Source of the DNA: Bacteroidetes bacterium GWC2_46_850
GTDB lineage: Bacteria > Bacteroidota > Bacteroidia > Bacteroidales > Dysgonomonadaceae
Assembly (NCBI GenBank): GCA_001768325.1
Contig: MENQ01000004.1
Location: 14,058-78,057 of the forward strand
Length of the DNA: 64,000 nucleotides
Direction of reading: 5' to 3'
The position numbers and the translations under genes were made by a program. Positions 1 through 9,331 of this stretch are shown here, piece after piece (the stretch's first letter is position 1; every line of letters begins with the position of its first letter). Under the pieces are notes generated by a model. It worked only from the letters and a program-made list of their open reading frames with translations, did not search any database and was not told the origin of the DNA.

Positions 1-201
1 TTCTAAACGATTAGCAAATGTAACGTAATTGTCAAACTTGTTACGAAAGAAAACAGTTACAAACTCTTTATGAATGACTTCAGACGTAATGATTTCTCCT
101 TTCATTAACGCTGAGTCAAAAGCCAAACTACTGACACTTTTTTTTAAAAGAAATGCACTTATAAGAGCATTTGTGTCAAATATAATCCTCTTCCTCTTCA
201 T
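1..201 (-). CDS. PIN-domain toxin (VapC / TIGR00305-like), 3' end cut by window edge
   Basis: This ORF is absent from the supplied track because it runs open to the window edge. A minus-strand ATG at 201..199 gives MKRKRIIFDTNALISAFLLKKSVSSLAFDSALMKGEIITSEVIHKEFVTVFFRNKFDNYVTFANRLE... The IFDTNALIS N-terminus matches the first acidic motif of PIN nucleases. The start overlaps the upstream small ORF by 26 nt, as is usual in type II TA pairs. Confidence 0.6.
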   Translation of the reverse strand, partial: MKRKRIIFDTNALISAFLLKKSVSSLAFDSALMKGEIITSEVIHKEFVTVFFRNKFDNYVTFANRLE

Positions 202-424
202 TGAGAATTTGATTAAGGATCTCTTCTGTAAGTCCATTTTTAGAGGCTTCGTCTCTAACTTGATCAACTGTTTTTTTAAATTCTGCCAGTTGTACCTCCT
301 TCAATCTTCTTTTTAGTTGAAAATTAATTTCCTTCTCAACTTGCAATTTAAAGTCGGGGGGAGAGTTTCGCCAAGCCTTAGCCGTATTGCCGTCCACTTC
401 TAAAACAATTCGTTCGTTGCTCAT
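176..424 (-). CDS. small antitoxin-like protein upstream of the PIN toxin
   Basis: 82-aa ORF from ATG 424 (MSNERIVLEVDGNTAKAW...EEEDYI) with an acidic C-terminus, overlapping the PIN ORF. The track start at 457 is a TTG lying inside the predicted promoter box, so I prefer ATG 424. I recognise no specific family. Confidence 0.5.
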   Translation of the reverse strand: MSNERIVLEVDGNTAKAWRNSPPDFKLQVEKEINFQLKRRLKEVQLAEFKKTVDQVRDEASKNGLTEEILNQILNEEEEDYI

Positions 425-454
425 TTTTAAATAGTTAATTGATGTGTGTTGAGA

Positions 455-462
455 CAAAAATA
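455..462 (-). promoter_or_regulatory. Bacteroidota -7 promoter box TAnnTTTG (TATTTTTG) for the TA pair
   Basis: Exact match to TAnnTTTG on the minus strand, 31 nt upstream of ATG 424, in a very AT-rich spacer. Confidence 0.45.
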
Positions 463-587
463 CATAAAAGATTTTTATAAAGTATATATTACAACAATTT
501 TTTTCTATTTGAGTTTATATTATCATTATCGATATATATAATGCCAAAAGGAAATCTCTGAAGAAAAGGTTTTTCAGGAAAATTTGC

Positions 588-595
588 TATTTTTG
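588..595 (+). promoter_or_regulatory. -7 promoter box TATTTTTG upstream of hutU
   Basis: Exact TAnnTTTG match 55 nt upstream of ATG 650. Confidence 0.4.
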
Positions 596-649
596 TTAAC
601 CGTATCCTCCGGATAGCGGATTATCTTTTATGGTTCAAAAAAATGCTGT

Positions 650-2635
650 ATGCAGATAACCTTAGACAATCAGTTACCCTCCTTTCCATCCTTTCAGGAG
701 GGCATCCGCCGTGCCCCGGACCGAGGATTCCGGCTCACGGAAACACAGACAATGACCGCTTTAAAAAATGCATTGCGTTATATTTCCACAGAGTTACATG
801 GGGCACTGGTACCGGAGTTTCTGAATGAGCTGAAAACGCGTGGCCGCATCTACGGATACCGCTATCGCCCAGAAGGGGATTTGCGGGCAAAACCCATCGA
901 TGCATACAAAGGAAGATGCGTGGAGGGAAAAGCTTTTCAGGTAATGATCGACAACAATCTCTCCTTCGACATCGCCCTCTATCCCTATGAACTGGTTACC
1001 TACGGCGAGACAGGACAGGTATGTCAGAACTGGATGCAGTACCGGCTTATTAAAAAATACCTGGAGGTGATGACACAGGAGCAGACGCTGGTGGTGGAGA
1101 GTGGCCACCCGCTGGGATTGTTCAGATCAAAACCCGATGCACCGCGGGTAATCATCACCAACTCGATGATGGTGGGGATGTTCGACAACCAGGCCGACTG
1201 GGAGATCGCCGCGCAGATGGGCGTGGCCAACTACGGACAGATGACTGCCGGCGGATGGATGTACATCGGCCCCCAGGGAATCGTGCACGGCACTTTTAAT
1301 ACGCTGCTGAATGCAGGGCGACTGAAGCTGGATATTCCGCATGACCGGGACCTCAGGGGGCACCTCTTTGTCTCGTCGGGACTGGGGGGCATGAGCGGTG
1401 CACAGCCCAAGGCAGCCGATATTGCCGGTGCGGTATCGGTGATTGCCGAGGTGGATCTCTCCCGCATTGAAACGCGGCGACAGCAGGGGTGGGTGCAGCG
1501 TGTCACGGCGGACAAACAGCAGGCATTCAACTGGGCACAGGAAGCTATGCAGGGTAGGGAACCTTTATCGGTGGCTTATCATGGAAACATCGTGGATCTG
1601 CTGGAGTATGCCTCAGAGAAGGATATTCATATAGAATTGCTGAGCGACCAGACTTCCTGTCATGAACCTTATACCGGGGGCTATTGTCCCGCCGACATCT
1701 CTTTTGAAGAACGTACACGCCTGCTGCACGAAGACCGGAATACCTTCCGTGAGAAGGTGGACGAATCGCTGCGGCGTCATTACCGGGTAATCAGGAAACT
1801 AACCGACCGGGGAACTTACTTTTTCGATTATGGAAACTCCTTTATGAAAGCAATTTACGATGCCGGCGTGAAGGAAATCTCGAGAAACGGGATCGACGAG
1901 AAAGAGGGTTTTATCTGGCCTTCCTACGTGGAAGATATCATGGGGCCGGAGCTGTTCGACTATGGCTACGGACCCTTCCGCTGGGTATGCCTGAGTGGGA
2001 AGCATGAGGACCTGATGAAGACCGACCGGGCAGCGATGGAATGTATCGACCCCAATAAGTGCGGACAGGATCGCGACAACTGGATCTGGATCCGCGATGC
2101 GGAACAGCACAACCTGGTGGTGGGCACCCAGGCGCGCATCCTCTACCAGGATGCGGAGGGAAGGCTCAGAATTGCACTGCGCTTCAACGAGATGGTGCGC
2201 CAAGGTGACATTGGCCCGGTGATGCTGGGACGTGATCACCACGATGTGAGCGGTACCGACTCCCCCTTTCGGGAAACAGCCAATATAAAGGATGGCAGCA
2301 ATGTAATGGCCGACATGGCGGTGCAGTGCTTTGCCGGCAACACGGCACGCGGCATGAGCCTGGTGGCCATTCACAATGGCGGTGGTGTGGGGATTGGAAA
2401 AGCCATCAACGGCGGCTTTGGCATGGTGTGTGATGGCAGCACCCGGGTGGATGAGATCCTCCGCTCAGCCATGACATGGGACGTGATGGGTGGCGTGGCA
2501 CGGCGAGCCTGGGCGCGCAATCCCAATGCAATCACTACGGTAAAGGAATTTAACACGATGCATGCAGACAGCTATCAAATCACTGAACCTTATCCGGTTG
2601 ATGAAGAAATGATCAGAAAGCACGTGCTTCCATAG
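650..2635 (+). CDS. hutU: urocanate hydratase (urocanase)
   Basis: 661 aa, the long Bacteroidota-type urocanase. It carries the GLGGMSGAQPKA NAD-binding region and the conserved ...NGGGVGIG... C-terminal core. It sits in a hut gene context. Confidence 0.95.
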   Translation: MQITLDNQLPSFPSFQEGIRRAPDRGFRLTETQTMTALKNALRYISTELHGALVPEFLNELKTRGRIYGYRYRPEGDLRAKPIDAYKGRCVEGKAFQVMIDNNLSFDIALYPYELVTYGETGQVCQNWMQYRLIKKYLEVMTQEQTLVVESGHPLGLFRSKPDAPRVIITNSMMVGMFDNQADWEIAAQMGVANYGQMTAGGWMYIGPQGIVHGTFNTLLNAGRLKLDIPHDRDLRGHLFVSSGLGGMSGAQPKAADIAGAVSVIAEVDLSRIETRRQQGWVQRVTADKQQAFNWAQEAMQGREPLSVAYHGNIVDLLEYASEKDIHIELLSDQTSCHEPYTGGYCPADISFEERTRLLHEDRNTFREKVDESLRRHYRVIRKLTDRGTYFFDYGNSFMKAIYDAGVKEISRNGIDEKEGFIWPSYVEDIMGPELFDYGYGPFRWVCLSGKHEDLMKTDRAAMECIDPNKCGQDRDNWIWIRDAEQHNLVVGTQARILYQDAEGRLRIALRFNEMVRQGDIGPVMLGRDHHDVSGTDSPFRETANIKDGSNVMADMAVQCFAGNTARGMSLVAIHNGGGVGIGKAINGGFGMVCDGSTRVDEILRSAMTWDVMGGVARRAWARNPNAITTVKEFNTMHADSYQITEPYPVDEEMIRKHVLP

Positions 2636-2689
2636 AAGCGTTCGATCTATCTTTTGTACACGAATTGAAGAATATTTATGAAATTTCAC

Positions 2690-2697
2690 TACTTTTG
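2690..2697 (+). promoter_or_regulatory. -7 promoter box TACTTTTG upstream of the formimidoyltransferase gene
   Basis: Exact TAnnTTTG match 23 nt upstream of ATG 2720, in the 84-nt hutU/ftcD spacer. It may be an internal promoter. Confidence 0.35.
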
Positions 2698-2719
2698 AAG
2701 TGATAGAATTTAATCGTTT

Positions 2720-3616
2720 ATGAACAAAATCATGGAATGTGTCCCCAACTTCAGCGAGGGACGCGACAGAGCAAAAGTTGAGAAAATAGCGGATGCCTTT
2801 CGGGGGAGAGAAGGAGTGAAGCTGCTGGATTACAGCAGTGATGCCGACCACAACCGTTCGGTGATTACCGTGGTGGGGGAACCGGAATCGCTGAAAAGAG
2901 CAGTGATCGATGCCATTGGTATTGCGGTGGAACTGATCGACCTCACACAGCACAAAGGCCAGCACCCCCGCATGGGATCCGTGGATGTGGTACCCTTCAT
3001 TCCAATTAAAAATGTGACGATGGAGGAGGCGATCACGCTCTCGAAAGAGGTGGCAGAAATGGCTGCAGAAAAGTATCAACTGCCGGTGTTCCTCTATGAG
3101 AAATCGGCCACGGCACCGCATCGTGAGAACCTGTCCTCGGTACGAAAAGGGGAGTTTGAGGGGCTGACAGAAAAGATGAAGCTGCCGGAGTGGCGGTCCG
3201 ACTACGGACCGTTAACACCTCATCCCACTGCCGGAGCAGTGGCCGTGGGTACACGCATGCCGCTGATCGCCTACAACGTGAACCTCGGTACCGATAACCG
3301 AGAGATCGCCGATGCCATCGCAAAAAAAGTACGGCATATTGGTGGGGGATTGCGTTACTGCAAAGCGATGGGGGTGACATTGCGTGAGCGTGGAATCACC
3401 CAGGTATCGATGAACCTGACCGACTATACCCACACAGCCATATACCGGGCTCATGAGATGGTACGTATGGAAGCGCAACGATACGGTGTACCCGTGGTGG
3501 GGGGCGAGGTGATTGGGCTGGTGCCCATGGCGGCACTGGTCGATTCGGCTGCTTATTACCTGGGACTTGAAAACTTCTCGATCAGCCAGGTGCTCGAAGC
3601 AAAACTGATGGAGTAG
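2720..3616 (+). CDS. glutamate formimidoyltransferase (FTCD N-terminal-type, stand-alone)
   Basis: 298 aa starting MECVPNFSEGRD, the hallmark N-terminus of formiminotransferases. hut context. Confidence 0.9.
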   Translation: MNKIMECVPNFSEGRDRAKVEKIADAFRGREGVKLLDYSSDADHNRSVITVVGEPESLKRAVIDAIGIAVELIDLTQHKGQHPRMGSVDVVPFIPIKNVTMEEAITLSKEVAEMAAEKYQLPVFLYEKSATAPHRENLSSVRKGEFEGLTEKMKLPEWRSDYGPLTPHPTAGAVAVGTRMPLIAYNVNLGTDNREIADAIAKKVRHIGGGLRYCKAMGVTLRERGITQVSMNLTDYTHTAIYRAHEMVRMEAQRYGVPVVGGEVIGLVPMAALVDSAAYYLGLENFSISQVLEAKLME

Positions 3617-3621
3617 ATGAG

Positions 3622-4203
3622 ATGAACTGGATTGAAGCGATTGCCGCGTTACTGGGTATACTCAGCGTATGGTACGCCCGCAAGGAGAACATCCTGGTCT
3701 TCCCGTTTGGTATTGCCAGCGTGGCCATCTACATCTACATCTGCTTTGCGGCACGTCTGTATGCCAATGCCGGCATCAATGCGGTCTACCTGATATCGAA
3801 CATCTTTGGATGGTATATGTGGGCGCGGAGCAGTGACGACAATGGCAAACTGCAGATCAGCAGGAACAGCCGCTTGCAGAACATCCTTTCCTGGGTTGCG
3901 GTGGTGGTGATCTATATCGCTGTGTTTTTCCTGTTGCGCCGGGTGAATAGCGGCGACAATGCCTACCTGCAATCCTGGTTGCCCTGGATCGATGCGTTCA
4001 ACACGTCCTTCTTCCTGGTAGCCACCATCCTCATGGCGATAAAAAAATTGGAGAACTGGCAGTTCTGGATCATCGGCAACATCATCTCCATACCAATCTA
4101 TGCTTCGCAGGGACTTTACTTTACAAGCATTCAGTATTCCGTTTTCCTGGTACTGGCCATCCTGGGCTGGAAGGAATGGAAAGCCAAAGTAAATAATTTA
4201 TGA
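3622..4203 (+). CDS. pnuC: PnuC-family (nicotinamide riboside transporter-like) membrane protein
   Basis: 193 aa with multiple transmembrane segments. It has the N-terminal ...WYARKENILVFPFGI... pattern and the W/Y-rich loops (GWYMW, GWKEW) typical of PnuC. The start is 5 nt after the upstream stop, and the stop overlaps the hutI ATG (ATGA). Confidence 0.8.
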   Translation: MNWIEAIAALLGILSVWYARKENILVFPFGIASVAIYIYICFAARLYANAGINAVYLISNIFGWYMWARSSDDNGKLQISRNSRLQNILSWVAVVVIYIAVFFLLRRVNSGDNAYLQSWLPWIDAFNTSFFLVATILMAIKKLENWQFWIIGNIISIPIYASQGLYFTSIQYSVFLVLAILGWKEWKAKVNNL

Positions 4204-5438
4204 GCAACCTGATCATCCATAACGCGGCACAGGTAGTGACCTGCAGCGGCTTCGCCGGAAAGCGTGGAAAAGAGATGTCCGATCTGCAGGTCATAGAAAA
4301 TGGAACGGTGATCGTGACAGATGGTCTTATCTCGCACATGCTGAAACAGGATGAACCTATTCCGGTCAAGAAGCAGAATTACAGAATTATCGATGCTACA
4401 GGTAAGACACTTTTGCCGGGCTTTGTGGATCCCCATACCCATTTTGTCTTTGGCGGATACCGGGAGGTGGAGTTCTCCTGGCGGATGCGCGGCGACAGCT
4501 ATATGGAGATCATGCAAAGGGGTGGAGGGATTGTCAGCACAACAAAATCCACCCGTGATGCGACAGAAGAGGAGCTGATGGCATCGAGCAGGCAACGCCT
4601 TGATGCGATGCTCCGGCTGGGCATCACCACCGTGGAGGGAAAGAGTGGATACGGACTGGACAAGGAGACCGAGTTGAAGCAGCTGTGTGTCATGCGGCGA
4701 CTGAATGAAAGTCACCCGGTGGATATCGTTCCCACCTACATGGGAGCACATGCTCTCCCACCGGAGTGGAAGGGCAGGGAAGAGGCATTTATCGATTTCC
4801 AGATTGAAGAGATGTTTCCCCTGGTCGCACAACAAAAGCTGGCCGAAGCGGTGGATATCTTCTGCGAGGAAGGCGTGTTCACAATAGCGCAGTCGCGCCG
4901 CTACTTGCAGGCAGCCCGTGAACAGGGTTTTCAGCTTAAAATGCATGCCGATGAGATCGTGCCACTGGGCGGTGCCGAGCTGGCAGCAGAACTGCACTGT
5001 CTCTCGGCGGACCACCTCCTGCAGGCCTCCGACGAAGGAATTCGTGCCCTGGCAGCATCGGAGACGGTGGCTACGCTACTGCCGCTGACGGCCTTCTCCT
5101 TGCGGGAAGAGTATGCCCGCGCACGGGAGATGATCGACGCGGGATGCATCGTGGCGCTGGCTACCGACCTGAATCCGGGCAGCTCATTCACCGCTTCGGT
5201 ACCACTGCTCTTTGCCCTGGCATGCATCTATATGCAGATGTCGCCGGAGGAGGCAGTGACTGCAATGACCATCAACAGTGCCGCAGCGCTGGGTCGTGCC
5301 GACCGTATCGGGAGCATCGACATTGGCAAGCAGGGCGACCTGATCCTGCTGCAGTTCCCCTCCTACAAGTTTCTGCCCTACCACGTGGGGATGAATATTG
5401 TGGAATGTGTGATTAAAAAGGGGAAAATCGTCAGTTGA
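4200..5438 (+). CDS. hutI: imidazolonepropionase
   Basis: 412 aa amidohydrolase fold with the PGFVDPHTHFVFGG metal-binding motif, in hut context. Confidence 0.95.
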   Translation: MSNLIIHNAAQVVTCSGFAGKRGKEMSDLQVIENGTVIVTDGLISHMLKQDEPIPVKKQNYRIIDATGKTLLPGFVDPHTHFVFGGYREVEFSWRMRGDSYMEIMQRGGGIVSTTKSTRDATEEELMASSRQRLDAMLRLGITTVEGKSGYGLDKETELKQLCVMRRLNESHPVDIVPTYMGAHALPPEWKGREEAFIDFQIEEMFPLVAQQKLAEAVDIFCEEGVFTIAQSRRYLQAAREQGFQLKMHADEIVPLGGAELAAELHCLSADHLLQASDEGIRALAASETVATLLPLTAFSLREEYARAREMIDAGCIVALATDLNPGSSFTASVPLLFALACIYMQMSPEEAVTAMTINSAAALGRADRIGSIDIGKQGDLILLQFPSYKFLPYHVGMNIVECVIKKGKIVS

Positions 5439-5511
5439 TGTGATGATTGATTAATGTGCAGATTTACAGATAAAATGATTGATTTACTAATTTGGTACAG
5501 CTGACCGCTAT

Positions 5512-5567
5512 GTCCCAAACCGCTGAATGTATAATAATTGCTCCTAAAAAGCTGATCGCTGAACGCT
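5512..5567 (-). repeat. intergenic repeat family, copy E (diverged, inverted relative to flanking genes)
   Basis: The reverse complement reads AGCGTTCAGCGATCAGCTTTTTAGGAGCAATTATTATACATTCAGCGGTTTGGGAC. It shares TTCAG-GATCAGCTTT at the head with copy A, and 13/13 nt of CAGCGGTTTGGGA at the tail. Confidence 0.5.
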
Positions 5568-5580
5568 AAAAATTTAAATA

Positions 5581-6207
5581 ATGAAACTACAAGACCTGAC
5601 CCTCAAACAATTTCTTGAAAAGACCGCTGCAAACGAAGCGTTACCTGGCGGTGGCAGCAGTGCCGCACTGAGTGCCGCCCTTGCTACGGCACTCACCGAG
5701 ATGGTGGCCGGCCTGACCATCGGAAAGAAAAAATATGTTGCCGTAGAAGAGCGAATGAAACAGATAGCCGCTGAGATGTCCGCCAACAGGGTTCATCTGG
5801 TGAACGACATTGACCGTGACGCGGATGCATACCGGTTGGTGATGGACGCGTACCGGATGCCGAAAGAAACGGAAGCAGAGATCGCCTTGCGCGAAGAAAA
5901 GATTGAGGAAGCCACAAAAATCGCTTCCCTGGTACCGATGGAAGTGGCGGAACGGACATACAGTCTGCTCGATACCATGAGTGAAGTACTGGAGACCGGA
6001 AACCGGAACGCGGTGACCGACGGCCTGGTCGGCCTGATGATCTGCCGCACCGCCATCATGGGGGCACTGCTCAATGTGCGTACCAACCTGGGAGGCATCC
6101 GCGACAAGGCGTTTGTTGTTGAAATGAGTGCAAAATGCGACACAATGGAAAAGGATACACTTGAAAAGGAGAGGCACGCAATACAATGGGTGAAGACAAT
6201 TCTTTGA
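5581..6207 (+). CDS. formimidoyltetrahydrofolate cyclodeaminase (FTCD C-terminal-type, stand-alone)
   Basis: 208 aa with the N-terminal ...FLEKTAANEALPGGGSSAALSAALATAL... motif typical of the cyclodeaminase/cyclohydrolase family. hut context. Confidence 0.85.
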   Translation: MKLQDLTLKQFLEKTAANEALPGGGSSAALSAALATALTEMVAGLTIGKKKYVAVEERMKQIAAEMSANRVHLVNDIDRDADAYRLVMDAYRMPKETEAEIALREEKIEEATKIASLVPMEVAERTYSLLDTMSEVLETGNRNAVTDGLVGLMICRTAIMGALLNVRTNLGGIRDKAFVVEMSAKCDTMEKDTLEKERHAIQWVKTIL

Positions 6208-6287
6208 ATGAAACAGATGCAATGCATGAAAAGGACGAAATAATCATTTTCACACTAGAGCATGATTAAATAAATAATTTTAATCGT

Positions 6288-7787
6288 ATGAAAAACATAT
6301 ACTATATCGGTCAGCGTGACCTGACCATCGATGATCTGGAGTGGATCATCAACGAGAACATCAGGGTGGAGTTGTCACCCGAAGCCAGGGAGCGGATTCA
6401 AAAGTGCCGCGACTACCTGGACCGGAAGATGGAAACACAGCAGGAACCTATCTACGGTATCACTACAGGCTTTGGATCGCTCTGCGAACGACCGGTCTCC
6501 ATTGAAGATCTGAGCACCTTGCAGGAGAACCTGGTGAAGTCACACGCCTGCAGCGTGGGTGAGGAGGTGGCGCCGCTCATCGTCAAGCTGATGTTCCTGC
6601 TCAAGGCCCATGCCCTCTCGCTGGGCTACAGCGGCGTGCAGGTGGCCACCGTACAGCGGATGCTCGACCTGTTCAACAACGACATCCTGCCTATCGTTTA
6701 CGACAAGGGGTCGCTGGGTGCCTCGGGCGACCTGGCACCGCTGGCCAATCTCTTCCTGCCGCTGATTGGGGTGGGGGACGTGTTTTACAAAGGCCAGAAA
6801 CGGGATATCGGCGACGTGCTGGATGAGTTTGGCTGGAAACCTATCCGGTTGAAAAGCAAGGAGGGGCTTGCCCTGCTCAACGGTACCCAGTTCATGTCGG
6901 CACATGGTGTCTTTGCCATCATGAAGGGCCAACGTCTCTCAAAGCGGGCCGACCTGATTGCGGCGCTTTCACTCGATGCCTACGACGGCCACCTGGAGCC
7001 ATTCGACGAACGGCTCCACCTGATCCGTCCCCACGCGGGACAGTTGGAGACAAGCCGGAATATCCGCAGTATCCTGGAAGGGAGCGAGCTGATATCCCGC
7101 AAGAAAGAGCATCTGCAGGATCCTTATTCCTTTCGTTGTGTGCCGCAGGTGCATGGCGCCACCAAAGATGCCATCGGCTATGTGCGGCAGGTGGTGGTAA
7201 CCGAGATCAACTCGGTGACCGACAACCCTACCATCTTTCCAGATGATGACGTGATCATCTCAGGGGGAAACTTCCACGGGCAGCCCCTGGCCATCGCCTT
7301 CGACTTCCTGGCTATCGCTCTGGCAGAGCTGGGTAATATCTCGGAACGACGCACGGCGCAGCTGATCCTCGGCAAGCGGGGTCTGCCGGAGTTTCTGGTG
7401 GCCAACCCCGGCCTCAACTCGGGCTTCATGATTCCACAGTATGTGGCAGCCTCGGTGGTGAGCCAGAACAAGATGTACTGCTACGCTGCCAGCAGCGACT
7501 CCATCGTCTCCTCCAACGGGCAGGAAGATCATGTGAGCATGGGCGCCACGTCGGCCATCAAGCTGATTAAGGTGATGGACAACCTCGATACCATTCTCTC
7601 CATTGAGCTGATGAACGGCGTGCAGGCACTCGAATTTCGTCGCCCCCTGCGCTCATCGCCCTTGATCGAAAAGGTGGTGAAAAAATATCGCAAAGAGGTT
7701 CCGTTTATCGATGAGGACATCGTCATGTATAAGGAGATCCGTAAAACGGTGGCATTTCTGAACAGACTGCATGCGGATGTAGACTGA
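6288..7787 (+). CDS. hutH: histidine ammonia-lyase
   Basis: 499 aa containing GSLGASGDLAPLA, which holds the Ala-Ser-Gly triad that forms the MIO cofactor. Confidence 0.95.
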   Translation: MKNIYYIGQRDLTIDDLEWIINENIRVELSPEARERIQKCRDYLDRKMETQQEPIYGITTGFGSLCERPVSIEDLSTLQENLVKSHACSVGEEVAPLIVKLMFLLKAHALSLGYSGVQVATVQRMLDLFNNDILPIVYDKGSLGASGDLAPLANLFLPLIGVGDVFYKGQKRDIGDVLDEFGWKPIRLKSKEGLALLNGTQFMSAHGVFAIMKGQRLSKRADLIAALSLDAYDGHLEPFDERLHLIRPHAGQLETSRNIRSILEGSELISRKKEHLQDPYSFRCVPQVHGATKDAIGYVRQVVVTEINSVTDNPTIFPDDDVIISGGNFHGQPLAIAFDFLAIALAELGNISERRTAQLILGKRGLPEFLVANPGLNSGFMIPQYVAASVVSQNKMYCYAASSDSIVSSNGQEDHVSMGATSAIKLIKVMDNLDTILSIELMNGVQALEFRRPLRSSPLIEKVVKKYRKEVPFIDEDIVMYKEIRKTVAFLNRLHADVD

Positions 7788-7834
7788 CATCTGATAAAAT
7801 GGAATTATTTTCCAAATAAATGGTGCAGATTGTT

Positions 7835-7842
7835 TATCTTTG
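7835..7842 (+). promoter_or_regulatory. -7 promoter box TATCTTTG upstream of the MFS gene
   Basis: Exact TAnnTTTG match 40 nt upstream of ATG 7882. Confidence 0.45.
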
Positions 7843-7881
7843 CAAATCTGAAATAAATCAATAACAGTTAAATATATTCTC

Positions 7882-9264
7882 ATGACAGAAGCAATAAGGA
7901 AATCGTTGCGGGACTCTCCGGCAGCGCGTTGGACTGCATTGTTCATTGTTTCGTTTACAATGATGTGCGGCTATTTTTTAACCGATATCATGGCGCCGCT
8001 GGCAGGATTACTGGAAGGCCAGCTAGGGTGGTCGCGTGCTGAATATGGCACATTCACAAGCTCTTACGGTTGGTTTAATGTTTTCCTGCTGATGCTGATC
8101 TTCGGCGGGATCATCCTCGACAAGCTGGGTGTGCGCATCACCGGGGTAGGTGCAGCCGCTGTGATGGTAGTCGGTGCCGCAATAAAGTACTGGGCCGTCT
8201 CTGATGGAGCATTGCGGGGACAGACACTTTTCGGTCTTGATGCGCAGGTATTCTGGGCCAGCATCGGCTTTGCTACTTTTGCCGTGGGTGTGGAGGTTGC
8301 CGGCATCACAGTCTCAAAGATTATCGTCAAATGGTTCAAAGGCAAGGAACTTGCTACTGCCATGGGTATGCAGGTCGCCATGGCCAGGATAGGTACTGCG
8401 CTGGCGTTGGGCTTTTCTGTCCCAATAGCCAAAGCAATGGGTGTGATCGATGTCTCCCGTCCGCTGTTGATCGCGCTGATAGGTCTCTGTATTGGCCTGA
8501 TCGCTTTCTTTGTCTATGTGGTAATGGACAGGAAACTCGATGCTTCTGAAGCTGCCATCACAGTGGAGGAGAAGAATCCGGAAGATGAATTCAAACTGTC
8601 GGATATCGGCAAGATCCTGGGTAACAGGGGCTGGTGGTATATTGCCATTCTATGTGTACTCTTCTACTCGGCTGTGTTTCCCTTTTTGAAATATGCTACG
8701 GACCTGATGGTGAATAAATTCGGTGTGAAAGAAGACCTCGCCGGTTTAATACCGATGTTGTTGCCGTTTGGAAATATTCTGCTGACACCCTTTTTCGGAG
8801 GTATTTACGACAAAAAAGGAAAAGGGGCAACCATCATGATCATCGGTGCCATCCTTTTAATTATCGTACACGCGCTTTTTTCTGTGCCGGTTTTTCATAG
8901 CTGGATCTTTGCGATGGTACTCGTCGTATTCCTGGGTATTGCCTTCTCGTTGGTGCCTTCGGCTATGTGGCCTTCAGTGCCCAAGATTGTACCGGAGAAG
9001 CGACTGGGAACTGCCTACTCGCTGATCTTCTGGGTACAGAACTGGGGACTTATGGGTGTGCCTCTGCTGATTGGCTGGGTGTTGGAGAAGTACTGCGTTA
9101 CGGGACAAACGGTGCGCGACGGGCTGACCGTCAACACCTACGATTACACCCTGCCGATGTTGATCTTTACAAGCTTCGGCGTGCTGGCTCTGATTTTTGC
9201 ATTCCTGCTGAAAGCGGAGGACAAAAGAAAAGGATACGGGTTGGAATTGCCGAATATACAGTAA
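7882..9264 (+). CDS. MFS transporter (substrate unknown; adjacent to hut operon)
   Basis: 460 aa with about 12 hydrophobic segments and a central charged loop (DRKLDASEAAITVEEKNPEDEFK), the typical MFS architecture. Confidence 0.8.
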   Translation: MTEAIRKSLRDSPAARWTALFIVSFTMMCGYFLTDIMAPLAGLLEGQLGWSRAEYGTFTSSYGWFNVFLLMLIFGGIILDKLGVRITGVGAAAVMVVGAAIKYWAVSDGALRGQTLFGLDAQVFWASIGFATFAVGVEVAGITVSKIIVKWFKGKELATAMGMQVAMARIGTALALGFSVPIAKAMGVIDVSRPLLIALIGLCIGLIAFFVYVVMDRKLDASEAAITVEEKNPEDEFKLSDIGKILGNRGWWYIAILCVLFYSAVFPFLKYATDLMVNKFGVKEDLAGLIPMLLPFGNILLTPFFGGIYDKKGKGATIMIIGAILLIIVHALFSVPVFHSWIFAMVLVVFLGIAFSLVPSAMWPSVPKIVPEKRLGTAYSLIFWVQNWGLMGVPLLIGWVLEKYCVTGQTVRDGLTVNTYDYTLPMLIFTSFGVLALIFAFLLKAEDKRKGYGLELPNIQ

Positions 9265-9270
9265 TCAGGT

Positions 9271-9330
9271 GGATTCAGGAATCAGCTTTCAGCTTGGGTA
9301 GTGAAAGGTTATTTGACAGCGGTTTGGGAG
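9271..9330 (+). repeat. intergenic repeat family, copy A
   Basis: GGATTCAGGAATCAGCTTTCAGCTTGGGTAGTGAAAGGTTATTTGACAGCGGTTTGGGAG. It fills almost the whole 67-nt spacer between the convergent MFS and VIT genes and starts 6 nt after the MFS stop. Confidence 0.75.
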
Positions 9331-9331
9331 A

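Noticed and set aside
9285-9307. Possible RNA hairpin CTTTCA...TGAAAG inside repeat copy A
   Set aside because: The equivalent positions in copies B (TATCA/TGGAA) and C (TGTGA/TAAAA) do not maintain pairing, so there is no covariation support for a conserved helix.
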